This document shows positions 10,599 through 20,312 of a stretch of DNA of 64,000 nt, one piece after another. This stretch comes from Candidatus Anderseniibacteriota bacterium (GTDB taxonomy: Bacteria > Patescibacteriota > Andersenbacteria > UBA10190), in NCBI GenBank assembly GCA_021414205.1, contig JAIOOW010000002.1, positions 18,692 through 82,691 on the forward strand. The letters are read 5' to 3'. The notes below the pieces were generated by a model. The model had not been told where the DNA came from, ran no database searches, and worked only from the letters and a program-made list of their open reading frames with translations. The number at the start of each line of letters is the position of its first letter. Position 1 is the first letter of the stretch. The translations under genes and the position numbers were made by a program.

Positions 10599-11721
10599 GT
10601 AATTTTTTCTCTAATGCTCCCGCAGTCGTATGAATGGTGTAATTCTGCACATCCTCAAGGTTTCGGCGAGACATTTCCTTTCTCAATGGTTCGTCCGTAT
10701 ACAATTCATCAATTGCACGAATAACCGCTTTGCAGTCATGAGGCGGAATTAAGATAGCATGCTTGCCATGTTCAAGAAAATCTTTCTGGCCGCCATCGTT
10801 TGCGGCAATAATGGGAAGTCCAGCGGACATTGCTTCGAGAAAAACAATTCCGAATCCTTCATGCTGGGCAGTGGATACATATAAATCAGAAGCTCGCAAT
10901 ATGCCATATTTTTCTTGTTCTGAAACAGAGCCGACAAGCCGAACTCTATCAGATAGTTCGTATCGACGGATGAGCTCCTCTAAATCGTGCTTCATGGGCC
11001 CATCTCCAATAATGATCAGCTTTGCGTTTGTAATATCCTTCCAGGCGGTGAGTAATGTCTCATATCCTTTTCTCGGTACCAGGCGACCGATAGAAACGCA
11101 CACAAAATCTTGCGCGGTAAACCCGAGGGATTCTCGAGGCAGGGCGGGTGTTTCATTCAGTATTAATCCGATAGGAATGACATCGATACGCTTCTTTACA
11201 CCATGAAGTTCTATCGCCCGCTGTTTCGTATCTTGAGAAATCGCAGTAACGGCATCTGCCTTACTGACGATGTACCTGATCGTAGCGCGCAATAAAGCGT
11301 GTTTATGAGGAGAAATTCCTTTTGATGGATCGTAGATATCTCCTCCTACAAGAGTTACGACAAAAGGGATTTTGCGTATACTTGCTAGTAAGAATGCTGG
11401 TAGGCCGGAAGGAATAACGAAATGAGCATTTATTACATCGAATGCATGCTTTCTTGTAATCTGTAGTCCTCGCAAAAATGCTGAGGGTGCAAACGTAAGA
11501 AGAGAAATGAGTGTAGCAGTCGGCATTGCGGTTCTGCCGATAACGGCAACGCGATGCACGTGCACGCCATGTAAAAATTCATATTTTTTCGTATCTCGAA
11601 ATGCAGTAGTAATCACATGAACCGTATTGTGCTTTGCAAGCTCTTCGGCGATTTGGGCAGTCATTACTCCGCCTCCGCCGCCTAGGGGCGGATATTCAAA
11701 ATTAATAAAGAGAATATTCAT
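10564..11721 (-). CDS. GT4 family glycosyltransferase.
   Basis: N-terminal NFEYPPLGGGGGV and C-terminal EGFGIVFLEAMSAGLPIIAANDGG. Confidence 0.75.
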   Translation of the reverse strand: MNILFINFEYPPLGGGGGVMTAQIAEELAKHNTVHVITTAFRDTKKYEFLHGVHVHRVAVIGRTAMPTATLISLLTFAPSAFLRGLQITRKHAFDVINAHFVIPSGLPAFLLASIRKIPFVVTLVGGDIYDPSKGISPHKHALLRATIRYIVSKADAVTAISQDTKQRAIELHGVKKRIDVIPIGLILNETPALPRESLGFTAQDFVCVSIGRLVPRKGYETLLTAWKDITNAKLIIIGDGPMKHDLEELIRRYELSDRVRLVGSVSEQEKYGILRASDLYVSTAQHEGFGIVFLEAMSAGLPIIAANDGGQKDFLEHGKHAILIPPHDCKAVIRAIDELYTDEPLRKEMSRRNLEDVQNYTIHTTAGALEKKLLDTITTYEHSN

Positions 11722-13760
11722 AGAGCCGTAACAGTCATCACCGGGTTAGCTATGATAGCCTTTGTATTTCCAGTATTTTTAAATACCACGCTCAATTGCC
11801 CAGGCTGAACGATAATATTCTTTTTATCAAGCATATTTCCATGCTCGTCCTGCAGGATAAGCGAATCCTGCGACTCATCTGGAACTGTATACGACAACTC
11901 GACATGTACAGGTTTTTTTGAAACGTTTACCAAGATAGCAGTTGCAGCATTTGGAATTTCCGCGAATGTAGCAAGACGCTTTGGGTCATAGCCGACATTT
12001 TCAAACCCATCGCCTCGTATTAAAAACACTCCATCTGCTTTTGTTTGCATATTCGTATTTCGAATATATACATCAGCATCTCCGAATGATGTTTTTGAAA
12101 ATATGTTTTGATCATCTAAGAACTTTTCTACGGCATTTTTTTGAGTCGAAGAAATGGAATCCGTGTGCAGTAAAATCGCGGAAGTATCAAGCCATGTCAT
12201 GGCATCCGGGAGCGTTTCTCGTAAGTCTTGCGTGAAGAGCTCTGGTCTGTCTTGTTCGAGTTCCGTTGTTCGTAGGTATAGTAACTGCCGAATAGCGGGG
12301 ACTGATTTTGCAAGATTAAATGTATCTTGGCTTTGTCCGCGTTCAAGGGCGATATTTCCAATCGCCTGCTTATGATCGATTGTCTCGCCATACAGCGATC
12401 GCGACGCTGCTACATAGTTAGTTGCGGCGGGAATTTCAATAATGCTGCTGCCCGGAACAGATGCAAGCATGCTATACGCCGGAGATAGTACAGCAGATTG
12501 CATCGGGAACGGTATAAACAAGAAGTCTAGCAATAAAAATCCGGCAATAATATACGTTGTTCGTAGTCTATGATAATTAGTGGCAACCACCCACCCAAAC
12601 AATACGCAGCTTGCGATAGTGACGAAGACTCCGGCACGCGAAATTGTTCGAATTGCAGAAAATACGGGTAATTTTGCGAGCAACGCGTACGGCAAAGGAA
12701 TCGATGTTACATGCCCGAATATATGAAGTACCGGCCCAAGCGATATGATTCCAAACACAATCAATGCGCCGAACCATAATCTTTTCTGAAGTACTGGAAT
12801 ATGTTTCTTAAAGAAAAGAATAGCGATTAATATGCCAACGCCAATATATTGTACCGATTCCGCAGTATTCCCCGTAAAGTATTGGCCAAATAGGTTATCA
12901 AATACGCTACCCCAAACTGGCTGAAATGGCGCCGGAGTAATAAAAGCAAATAAATCTGCGGAAAATCTTGTCGTTTGGTCAATGCCCAGCGTGAGTGCAG
13001 ATGAATCCGTGTTTGCAAGCTTTACCGTTGGAATATTAGGAACAATAACTCCAAGAACCATGATTGCTATAAATACGATGCTGCTGAGTAGGAATTTTAT
13101 CCGTGCTTGGCCGCCAAATAACTGTCGAATCGCTGGCCAGTATACAACTCCGGTAATCAACGCAAATACTGCAAGCCAAAGGGCATAGTGATGCTCTTCC
13201 CACGCTTGGATGACTACTAATACGCTCAATAATATAACTTTCCATATGTTCTGCTTTCTTATATAAGAAAGCGTTGTGGCAAGAATAAAAGGAATCCATT
13301 CTAGCTGCATAGCCCCAAAGTGTCCGAGACTGTGAGCTATGTGGTAGGGCGCAAACATGTACGCAATCCCAGCCATAACAGGCGCAGGAGAAAAAATAGG
13401 CTTTTTTACAAGCATACTTACCAGAAGCGCCATAGCATATCCGGAAAGCAAAAAATTCAACAAAAATATCGTATTATATCCGGCAGGCTCTCCGAGTACT
13501 GCATGGATCGGCATCCACGGCCAAATGGATAAATTAACCAGTTGCGGATCCCCTTTGCCAAGTACGTCAGCAAGGAATCCTCTAAATCCCTGTTGCTCCT
13601 TTACGGTAAATCGCCACATGGTCTGCCATGGGTCCCCCCCAATCCCGGCCACGCGGGACTGCATATGAAGAATGACCGGCATAGTCATAAGACCCAAAAG
13701 GACAATATATAATCCAAGCACCTTTATATGGTCAAAAAAGCCAGTTTTTCGGAACTGCAT
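11718..13760 (-). CDS. Large polytopic membrane protein of the 'GGD' family with a C-terminal extracytoplasmic domain. Putative glycan polymerase or GT-C-like transferase.
   Basis: At least 12 predicted TM helices, IGGDPWQTMW right after TM1, and a roughly 230-aa hydrophilic C-terminal domain. Paralogous in architecture to 33714..35087. The true start may be an internal Met (MTMPV, ~13685) because the longest ORF abuts the divergent GT2 gene. Confidence 0.45.
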   Translation of the reverse strand: MQFRKTGFFDHIKVLGLYIVLLGLMTMPVILHMQSRVAGIGGDPWQTMWRFTVKEQQGFRGFLADVLGKGDPQLVNLSIWPWMPIHAVLGEPAGYNTIFLLNFLLSGYAMALLVSMLVKKPIFSPAPVMAGIAYMFAPYHIAHSLGHFGAMQLEWIPFILATTLSYIRKQNIWKVILLSVLVVIQAWEEHHYALWLAVFALITGVVYWPAIRQLFGGQARIKFLLSSIVFIAIMVLGVIVPNIPTVKLANTDSSALTLGIDQTTRFSADLFAFITPAPFQPVWGSVFDNLFGQYFTGNTAESVQYIGVGILIAILFFKKHIPVLQKRLWFGALIVFGIISLGPVLHIFGHVTSIPLPYALLAKLPVFSAIRTISRAGVFVTIASCVLFGWVVATNYHRLRTTYIIAGFLLLDFLFIPFPMQSAVLSPAYSMLASVPGSSIIEIPAATNYVAASRSLYGETIDHKQAIGNIALERGQSQDTFNLAKSVPAIRQLLYLRTTELEQDRPELFTQDLRETLPDAMTWLDTSAILLHTDSISSTQKNAVEKFLDDQNIFSKTSFGDADVYIRNTNMQTKADGVFLIRGDGFENVGYDPKRLATFAEIPNAATAILVNVSKKPVHVELSYTVPDESQDSLILQDEHGNMLDKKNIIVQPGQLSVVFKNTGNTKAIIANPVMTVTAL

Positions 13761-13784
13761 ATGTCATATATAGTACAAGACAAT

Positions 13785-14471
13785 ATGCATATTCGTCCAA
13801 AAATAGTAATCATTATACCGATATATAATGAGAGCAAGGTTATTGGGGAGGTTGTTGCCAATGTTCGCAAGTCGGGTTTTGATAATATAATAATTATAGA
13901 TGATGGATCTACAGACAATTCGTTTGAAATCATCAAGCATCTTCCCGTAATTGCACTTCAACACAAAATAAATAGAGGAAAAGGAGCAACAATACGAACA
14001 GGGACGGAAGCGGCGATGTTTATAGGCGCGGATATTGTAGTAACGATGGATGGAGATGGTCAGCATGATGCGCTAGATATTGACAGATTCGTGAAAGCAT
14101 TCCAAGAAAAAGACGTGGATGTAGTGCTAGGTGTACGTCAGCTGGAAAAGGAAAATATGCCTATCAGTCGAAAGCTTGCTAACTGGATCGCCGACAAGGT
14201 TACGTTTTTACTGTACGGAGTGAATCTCCAAGATAGTCAATCAGGATTTCGAGCATTTTCAGCGCACGCAATAAAGCTTATTAAGACAAAATCCAACGCA
14301 TACTCCTATGAAAGCGAAGTATTGCGAGAAATAAAGACGCACCAGCTTTCCTATACAGAGGTGCCTATTCATGTCCGCTATACGGCATATTCGACATCAA
14401 AAAAACATAAACAGAACATAGTAAATGGCATAAAAACAATCTATACTATGATTTGGAACATACTATCCTAA
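13785..14471 (+). CDS. GT2 polyprenyl-phosphate sugar synthase (GtrB/DPM1/CsbB-like).
   Basis: KIVIIIPIYNESKVIGEVV...IIIDDGSTDNS...VVTMDGDGQHD (the DxD and DGDGQH equivalent of DADLQH). Short, as DPM1-like synthases are. Start chosen at MHIRPK to avoid overlapping the divergent gene; longer alternatives start at 13728 or 13761. Confidence 0.7.
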   Translation: MHIRPKIVIIIPIYNESKVIGEVVANVRKSGFDNIIIIDDGSTDNSFEIIKHLPVIALQHKINRGKGATIRTGTEAAMFIGADIVVTMDGDGQHDALDIDRFVKAFQEKDVDVVLGVRQLEKENMPISRKLANWIADKVTFLLYGVNLQDSQSGFRAFSAHAIKLIKTKSNAYSYESEVLREIKTHQLSYTEVPIHVRYTAYSTSKKHKQNIVNGIKTIYTMIWNILS

Positions 14472-14827
14472 TTATGATTGCATTTCATTTATATCAACTT
14501 ATCGTTTCAGGAATAGCTATTTTAATGATTTTTCAGGGTGCTATAAAATACTTTACCCATGGAGAAAATCAATCGTTTCTCAAGTTTTTCGTTCGACTCA
14601 TTGTGTGGGGAGGCATGGCAACGGTATCCCTATTCCCGCAAATTACCAATGCGCTCGCCTCTTTTGTTGGCTTGCAGGGCAATATTAATGCAGTCATCAT
14701 GACTGGGTTCCTGCTGGTGTTTCTCATGATTTTTAAAATATTATCCGTGGTAGAGCGCATAGAACACGACATCTCGGTACTTACACGCGAAGATGCGCTC
14801 AAAAAATTGAAAAGCGACGTCAGGTAA
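14453..14827 (+). CDS. Small membrane protein, DUF2304-like. Candidate partner or flippase for the GtrB-like synthase.
   Basis: 124 aa with three or four TM helices and a charged, coiled C-terminal tail (ERIEHDISVLTREDALKKLKSDV). Proteins of this type are commonly encoded directly downstream of DPM1-like GT2 genes. Overlaps both neighbours. Confidence 0.4.
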   Translation: MEHTILIMIAFHLYQLIVSGIAILMIFQGAIKYFTHGENQSFLKFFVRLIVWGGMATVSLFPQITNALASFVGLQGNINAVIMTGFLLVFLMIFKILSVVERIEHDISVLTREDALKKLKSDVR

Positions 14828-14829
14828 TT

Positions 14830-16734
14830 ATGAAGCGTATAACCTGGCCCTCCACCCTGCTAGTAGCCTTTACGATAATCGCTTCGTTGCCCATGTCCAT
14901 TCATGGAGGTATTCCCGGGATTATGCGTTCTCTTATAGACTTAATCGCTTTCGGGGCTATTCCAAGCCTTGGATTAACAATGCTCTATCAGCAATGGAGG
15001 GGAAGGACATTTAGTAGTATCGAATTTTTAACGATTTCCTTTGCTAATTTCTTACTTGCGATACCGCTCCTATTGCTCGTATCGATATCTGTTCTGCCAT
15101 ATCAATTTTTTGCCATACCAATAACTATCCTCTCAATTATTTCCTGTATTCCGCTCGGCTCGCTGAAAAAAGATACTCTACCACTCAGTTCCAAAGATCT
15201 TCTTCTCTTGGGGGTAATTATATTATTTATAGGATTTATTTGGATCCTCACTCACGCATACTATCCGCTACCAGACTTCGATCCGTATTATTGGTTGGGT
15301 AAATACCAAGGATTCATGAATACCTATCGCGCAGGCAATCTTGTTATTGGAAATCGTCCGGGATTTTTTTCGATATATTCTTTTTTTATCCTACTGGCTC
15401 ATATAGATTCATACGCATTATTTAAGTATGCGCTTCCCCAGATGTTCGCAATGTCAGTATTTCCTTTATGGATGATTGCAAAAACAGTTTCAGGGAGGCT
15501 ATACAAAGTCGCAATAGTATTAAGCCCTCTATGGGCAGCATCTACAATATTGTACGCAACAACATCTATGCCTCAGATGATTTTTATACTCTCATCGATC
15601 TTTGCAATATCATTCCTCGCATATTCCCGAATAACAAAGGATACATTTTTTCTTTGGGCTGCGCTGTGCATGTTCGGCGGGTCTATTCTTATGTATGAAT
15701 TATCCATATTCCCGCTTATCATTGCCATTGGCTGCCTCCTTTTTTTCAAGCGACACAGCATTGGCTTGTATGCAAAAAAGAATTCTATAATAACAACCCT
15801 TCTTGCATTGCTCATCCTTTCAAACCTTCACTTTGCTCAACATCAAATCACTTTTTTCCTCTATTGGATTTTTCGTATCATAAATCAAATCTTAGCAGCG
15901 CAACCAAATCTTCGCTTCCCTGCTTATTATATAAATGTTGATAAGAATGCAGTTGGCTGGAGCGGAGCGCTTGGAGTGACTCAGTACTACGCATATTACG
16001 TAGGCTCAGCAGTAATTGTGACGCTAGGTCTCATTGTATATTTTTCTATTAAAAAAAATAGAAGAGACAAATTGATTGCTGAAATAAAAAATCATGTTGA
16101 AACGCAAATTGCGCTGGGCATCTTCTTGGCATTTTTCTGTATTTCGGAAATTCTTCCTCGGGCAATTGGATTAGCTCTCCTTCCGGAGCGCGCATGGATC
16201 TTCGGAGGGATAGCGTGCACTTATTTCGCCATACTGGCACTTGCATACAGTAAGCAAAGAATAGCAAATCTGCTGGCAGTAGCTCTTATTGCGTCAGCAG
16301 TAGTGAGCGGCACTGCTGCGTTGTATGTAAACAATCAGAAAAAATATCTGATTCCCAGATACCAGCTAACTTCTGCGTCGTGGGTCCAGACGAATCTGCC
16401 CTCAAATCGCCTCATGATATCCGATGAAAATTCCGATTTGCTGCAATTCTTTTCCAGCTCGAATACTGCGATCATATCCCCTTTATACTGCAATCAAGAT
16501 TTCCAAGATCCACAAGCGCTCCTCAAAGCTATTAAAAAGACAACGCTTCCTTGGTCGCTTAATGATGAAATATACATATTTTTTGCCATTACTGATCCAA
16601 GCAACCCATACAAGGCGCGGCCATATATAAAGCCTCGAGAAGTATGCTCTCAATTTGTTTTCGATCAGCACCCGGAAAAGTATGCTCGAGTGTATTCGGA
16701 TAGTAATAAGATTATTATATGGAAGGTAAAGTAG
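14830..16734 (+). CDS. Large polytopic membrane protein, GtrC-like (GT-C-type) glycosyltransferase candidate.
   Basis: 634 aa with roughly 14 TM helices, no recognisable soluble catalytic fold, and a position immediately after the GtrB-like synthase and the small membrane protein (three-gene Gtr-type module). Confidence 0.45.
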   Translation: MKRITWPSTLLVAFTIIASLPMSIHGGIPGIMRSLIDLIAFGAIPSLGLTMLYQQWRGRTFSSIEFLTISFANFLLAIPLLLLVSISVLPYQFFAIPITILSIISCIPLGSLKKDTLPLSSKDLLLLGVIILFIGFIWILTHAYYPLPDFDPYYWLGKYQGFMNTYRAGNLVIGNRPGFFSIYSFFILLAHIDSYALFKYALPQMFAMSVFPLWMIAKTVSGRLYKVAIVLSPLWAASTILYATTSMPQMIFILSSIFAISFLAYSRITKDTFFLWAALCMFGGSILMYELSIFPLIIAIGCLLFFKRHSIGLYAKKNSIITTLLALLILSNLHFAQHQITFFLYWIFRIINQILAAQPNLRFPAYYINVDKNAVGWSGALGVTQYYAYYVGSAVIVTLGLIVYFSIKKNRRDKLIAEIKNHVETQIALGIFLAFFCISEILPRAIGLALLPERAWIFGGIACTYFAILALAYSKQRIANLLAVALIASAVVSGTAALYVNNQKKYLIPRYQLTSASWVQTNLPSNRLMISDENSDLLQFFSSSNTAIISPLYCNQDFQDPQALLKAIKKTTLPWSLNDEIYIFFAITDPSNPYKARPYIKPREVCSQFVFDQHPEKYARVYSDSNKIIIWKVK

Positions 16735-17861
16735 GTCTTTTGGTGTTTGCGCCATACTATCCTCCCCATGTTGGCGGACTGGAAAGCCATGCGCATGAGT
16801 TCAATATTCATGCATCTGGGCGCGGATACGATATCACTGTCTGGACAGCCCGCTTGCCAAACCATATTCCGGAATACGAAGAGGTAGATTCTATAAAAAT
16901 ATTCAGATACCCGGTCATTGAATTGCTTGGCGGGTTCCCTGTTCCGGCAATATGGTCACCAACTTTCCGGAATCAATACAAAGAGATATCTTCTCGCGCA
17001 TATGAAGTGGTTATTTCTCGCACAAGATTCTTTTTATCATCGTGCATTGCGTTGACATATGCCAAAATAAAAGATATTCCGCTCCTGCATATAGAACATG
17101 GTTCTGACTATGTTCATTTGCACTCAATACTTGCAACTGCTGTTGCCTATGCATACGATCAGACGTTCGGAAGGCTAGTTATCCAAAAAGCAGATATCGT
17201 GGTTGCGAACTCGAATGCATCAGCAACATTTGTTCAAAATCTTACGCAAAACTCAGTGCATCCCCATGTTATTTATAGGGGCGTTAAGCAGGACGCTATC
17301 ATAAACGCAATCGCAGACAAAAAGACGTCTGATGCCATTACCATCTGTTATGTTGGGCGACTAATAAATGGAAAGGGCGTGCAAGATCTCGTAACGGCTC
17401 TATCGATACTTTCTGTAACCAGCCGTGTAGTGTGCTGGATTATCGGCGACGGTCCAATGAAAAAAGAGCTGGAGCAATTATCTACTCGCTACAACCTCGA
17501 ATCAAAAATTATATTCTTAGGCCAAATGAACAACGATCAAGCGATATCATATATCAAATCATGCGACATTTTTATCAATCCAAGTTACACCGAAGGCATT
17601 CCGACATCCGTGATAGAAGCTGCGTTATGCAAACGAGCAATTATTGCTACCGACGTTGGAGGTACAAACGAAATTATTACGCACAACGAATCGGGCATTC
17701 TCATTGCGCCACATGCAAGCAAGGAAATGGCAGAGGCTCTTGCATTACTCATTACTAATCCCGAGCTTCGGCAAAAAATCGGCAAGGAGGCGTATAATCA
17801 AAATAAGTCGAGATTTTCTTGGGAACACGCAATGAATCAATATGAAGCAATTCTCCGCTAA
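16719..17861 (+). CDS. GT4 family glycosyltransferase.
   Basis: N-terminal VFAPYYPPHVGGLE and C-terminal EGIPTSVIEAALCKRAIIATDVGGTNEII. Confidence 0.7.
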   Translation: MEGKVGLLVFAPYYPPHVGGLESHAHEFNIHASGRGYDITVWTARLPNHIPEYEEVDSIKIFRYPVIELLGGFPVPAIWSPTFRNQYKEISSRAYEVVISRTRFFLSSCIALTYAKIKDIPLLHIEHGSDYVHLHSILATAVAYAYDQTFGRLVIQKADIVVANSNASATFVQNLTQNSVHPHVIYRGVKQDAIINAIADKKTSDAITICYVGRLINGKGVQDLVTALSILSVTSRVVCWIIGDGPMKKELEQLSTRYNLESKIIFLGQMNNDQAISYIKSCDIFINPSYTEGIPTSVIEAALCKRAIIATDVGGTNEIITHNESGILIAPHASKEMAEALALLITNPELRQKIGKEAYNQNKSRFSWEHAMNQYEAILR

Positions 17862-18543
17862 GTACATTCTTCGAATCGACGACGTTTGCCCTACGATGAA
17901 TTGGGAATTATTTAGCATGATTACTGATACCTGCGACGAACTTGGTATTGCGCCGATATTGGGCGTGATTCCGGATAACCAAGACCAAGCGTTAGTAGCC
18001 GCTGCGCCGCACAACCTGTTCTGGGAATACATAAAGAAAAAAGCATCACAAGGCTGGATTATTGCCCAACATGGATATCAGCACATATATGAACAACATA
18101 AAAAAACAGAATTTGCGGGATTGTCGTATGATGCGCAATTTGAAAAAATTCAGAGCGGCCGGAACATATTACTTAAACAATTAGGGTTTGCTCCAACATG
18201 GTGGATGGCTCCTGCACATAGTTTTGACGAAACGACATGCAAAGCGCTCGAGGCTCTTGGATTTGAATATATTACAGATGGTACTGCGCTCTATCCGTAT
18301 AAGAAACACGGACTCACGTGGATTCCGCAGCAATTATGGCGTCCGCGCGCAATGCCGTTTGGCACATGGACGATTTGCCTGCATACAAATACGATGAGCG
18401 CTCAAAATATCCGAGATATGATTGAATTCATGAAAAAACACAGGAGTCAATTTCTAGATATCTCGTTAGCACCAAGAGCATCGGTATTAAATCCTTTATT
18501 TGCGCTGGCGTGGAATATTTTTAAAATTGCAAAATCGCTATGA
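17842..18543 (+). CDS. Polysaccharide deacetylase-like protein (DUF2334 / NodB-fold family).
   Basis: LRIDDVCPTMNWELF...GVIPDN...AQHGYQH, a metal-binding His pattern typical of DUF2334 predicted deacetylases. Confidence 0.4.
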   Translation: MKQFSAKYILRIDDVCPTMNWELFSMITDTCDELGIAPILGVIPDNQDQALVAAAPHNLFWEYIKKKASQGWIIAQHGYQHIYEQHKKTEFAGLSYDAQFEKIQSGRNILLKQLGFAPTWWMAPAHSFDETTCKALEALGFEYITDGTALYPYKKHGLTWIPQQLWRPRAMPFGTWTICLHTNTMSAQNIRDMIEFMKKHRSQFLDISLAPRASVLNPLFALAWNIFKIAKSL

Positions 18544-19229
18544 GCACGCCAGCCTATAATAATCCTGTGGCATATGATGCCCGTAAAGCAAAGCCAATTG
18601 AGGCATACCTGGAAACACTGTGGAAGCCTATTTTTGCCGATATAGCAAAAACCTATATTCATACTAGTGATGTCGTTGCAGATTTTGGATGCGGAACACT
18701 CGCGCATATCGCACTCATGAGCCATGTACAAAAAATATATGCGGTCGATGCAAATAAAATAATGCTTGAATTCGGACTTCAGAAATTATCCGCGCATGAC
18801 CGTGCTATTGTCACCCCTCTTTGCGAATCTGCTACGCATACAAGTATTCCGAGCAATTCGTGTTCTATTATTTGGTCTGTTGGGCTTACAGAATATACGG
18901 ATATTGATCAACTTTTCAAAGAAATGACTCGAGTTGCAACGCCGATGGCTACGTTACTTATTCAATTTCCGAATAAATACAATATTGTTCATATGGCAAT
19001 TCAGCTTGCACATTTCTTACGAGGAACAGCATCTAAAAAATATAGATCGATATCAGAAATGCGGCGCATTGCACACCGCTACGGCTGGCGTGTAGAAAAA
19101 GCCGTCACGACAGGGTTTTATACGCCCTTGCCAGCAATACTAATACCCATCCTAGATCCAATGTGGAGACTCTTTAGTTCTTTTGGGAATAATACATTTC
19201 TTGTATTACAGAAATCCACTGAACGATAA
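18540..19229 (+). CDS. Class I SAM-dependent methyltransferase.
   Basis: Motif I VADFGCGTLAHIAL, motif II (post-I) acidic residue in IYAVDAN, and a Rossmann-fold length. Start overlaps the upstream stop (ATGA). Confidence 0.6.
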   Translation: MSTPAYNNPVAYDARKAKPIEAYLETLWKPIFADIAKTYIHTSDVVADFGCGTLAHIALMSHVQKIYAVDANKIMLEFGLQKLSAHDRAIVTPLCESATHTSIPSNSCSIIWSVGLTEYTDIDQLFKEMTRVATPMATLLIQFPNKYNIVHMAIQLAHFLRGTASKKYRSISEMRRIAHRYGWRVEKAVTTGFYTPLPAILIPILDPMWRLFSSFGNNTFLVLQKSTER

Positions 19230-20307
19230 CCTTATTAATATCATAATGCGTGCGCGCAGCTTGAAGCGCTTGGTCGGAGATTTTTATAGCATATTCATCG
19301 TCACCCATAATGTTTTTGATTTCCATTTTCATCTGATCTAGATCGCCGTTCACACAAACCCCATCACAAGCAACGTTCAACGAAATCACTGGGGTGCCGG
19401 ACAATGCTGCAATAATATAGGTGTTCGGAGATCCTTCGTAATCAGACGTTCCAATTAATATCCTTGCGCTAGATAATAAAGTATTTACTTGATCGGGCAG
19501 AAGCTCTCCATGAAAGACGAGATTAGAGTAGCGCGTTGCCTGCGCTGTGTATTTTTTATGCAATCGTGTGTCTCCGGACTCAGAGAGCACCATATCGAAT
19601 GAGTAGCTCGGGAGCTGTTCTACTACTTTAAAAAATATATCTGCGCGCTTCACTGTTCGAGAAGATCCGACCCATGCAATTCTTTTTTCTCGTTCTTGAA
19701 TTGGAATTATAGTACCTGGCACCGAATAGCCATTGCCTAATATTCTCGATTTTTTATGGTAATAGTTTTGCAAATCAGATTGCTGACGTTCATGCTGAAC
19801 AACAACAGCTTGAGCGTACCGTATTCCGAACCGATACAGTAATGCAGATACTGGGTCGAATGTTTTTTCTTTTACTGTATTGCAATCCACATCGCTCGCC
19901 GTTCTGAATATATATGTTGTTTTCGGAAAGAATATACAATACAAAGCAAGTAACCCCACTTCAGGTCCTGCAGGCGAAGAAATAATAACATCTGGCCTGC
20001 TTATTCGCAGTGCTTGAAATAAAAAAACTGGCGCAGTAAGTAAATTCCAAATACTTTTTCTGAGTTTGAATGCGGATACAACTGTAATATTGCCAAACTT
20101 TTCTACGCGCGGTTGGTTAAAGTTTCCTACAATGCAACTTACGGTAAACCGATCATCCTTTGCCAGGCTAGTCGCAAGTGTGTGCATCTGAACTTCCGTC
20201 CCCCCGATCTGCGCGCTGCTGCGTCGGTTAAAGAGTTTGTATGCATTAAAACACACGAAACTAACCCGAATTTGCCCTTTTGCATGTGCCATATACAATA
20301 GCTTCAT
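19174..20307 (-). CDS. GT4-like glycosyltransferase (GT-B).
   Basis: N-terminal GGTEVQMHTLA and C-terminal EGSPNTYIIAALSGTPVISLNV (EX7E-like). Its 3' end overlaps the convergent methyltransferase gene by 56 nt. Confidence 0.55.
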   Translation of the reverse strand: MKLLYMAHAKGQIRVSFVCFNAYKLFNRRSSAQIGGTEVQMHTLATSLAKDDRFTVSCIVGNFNQPRVEKFGNITVVSAFKLRKSIWNLLTAPVFLFQALRISRPDVIISSPAGPEVGLLALYCIFFPKTTYIFRTASDVDCNTVKEKTFDPVSALLYRFGIRYAQAVVVQHERQQSDLQNYYHKKSRILGNGYSVPGTIIPIQEREKRIAWVGSSRTVKRADIFFKVVEQLPSYSFDMVLSESGDTRLHKKYTAQATRYSNLVFHGELLPDQVNTLLSSARILIGTSDYEGSPNTYIIAALSGTPVISLNVACDGVCVNGDLDQMKMEIKNIMGDDEYAIKISDQALQAARTHYDINKVIVQWISVIQEMYYSQKN

Positions 20308-20312
20308 ACCAT

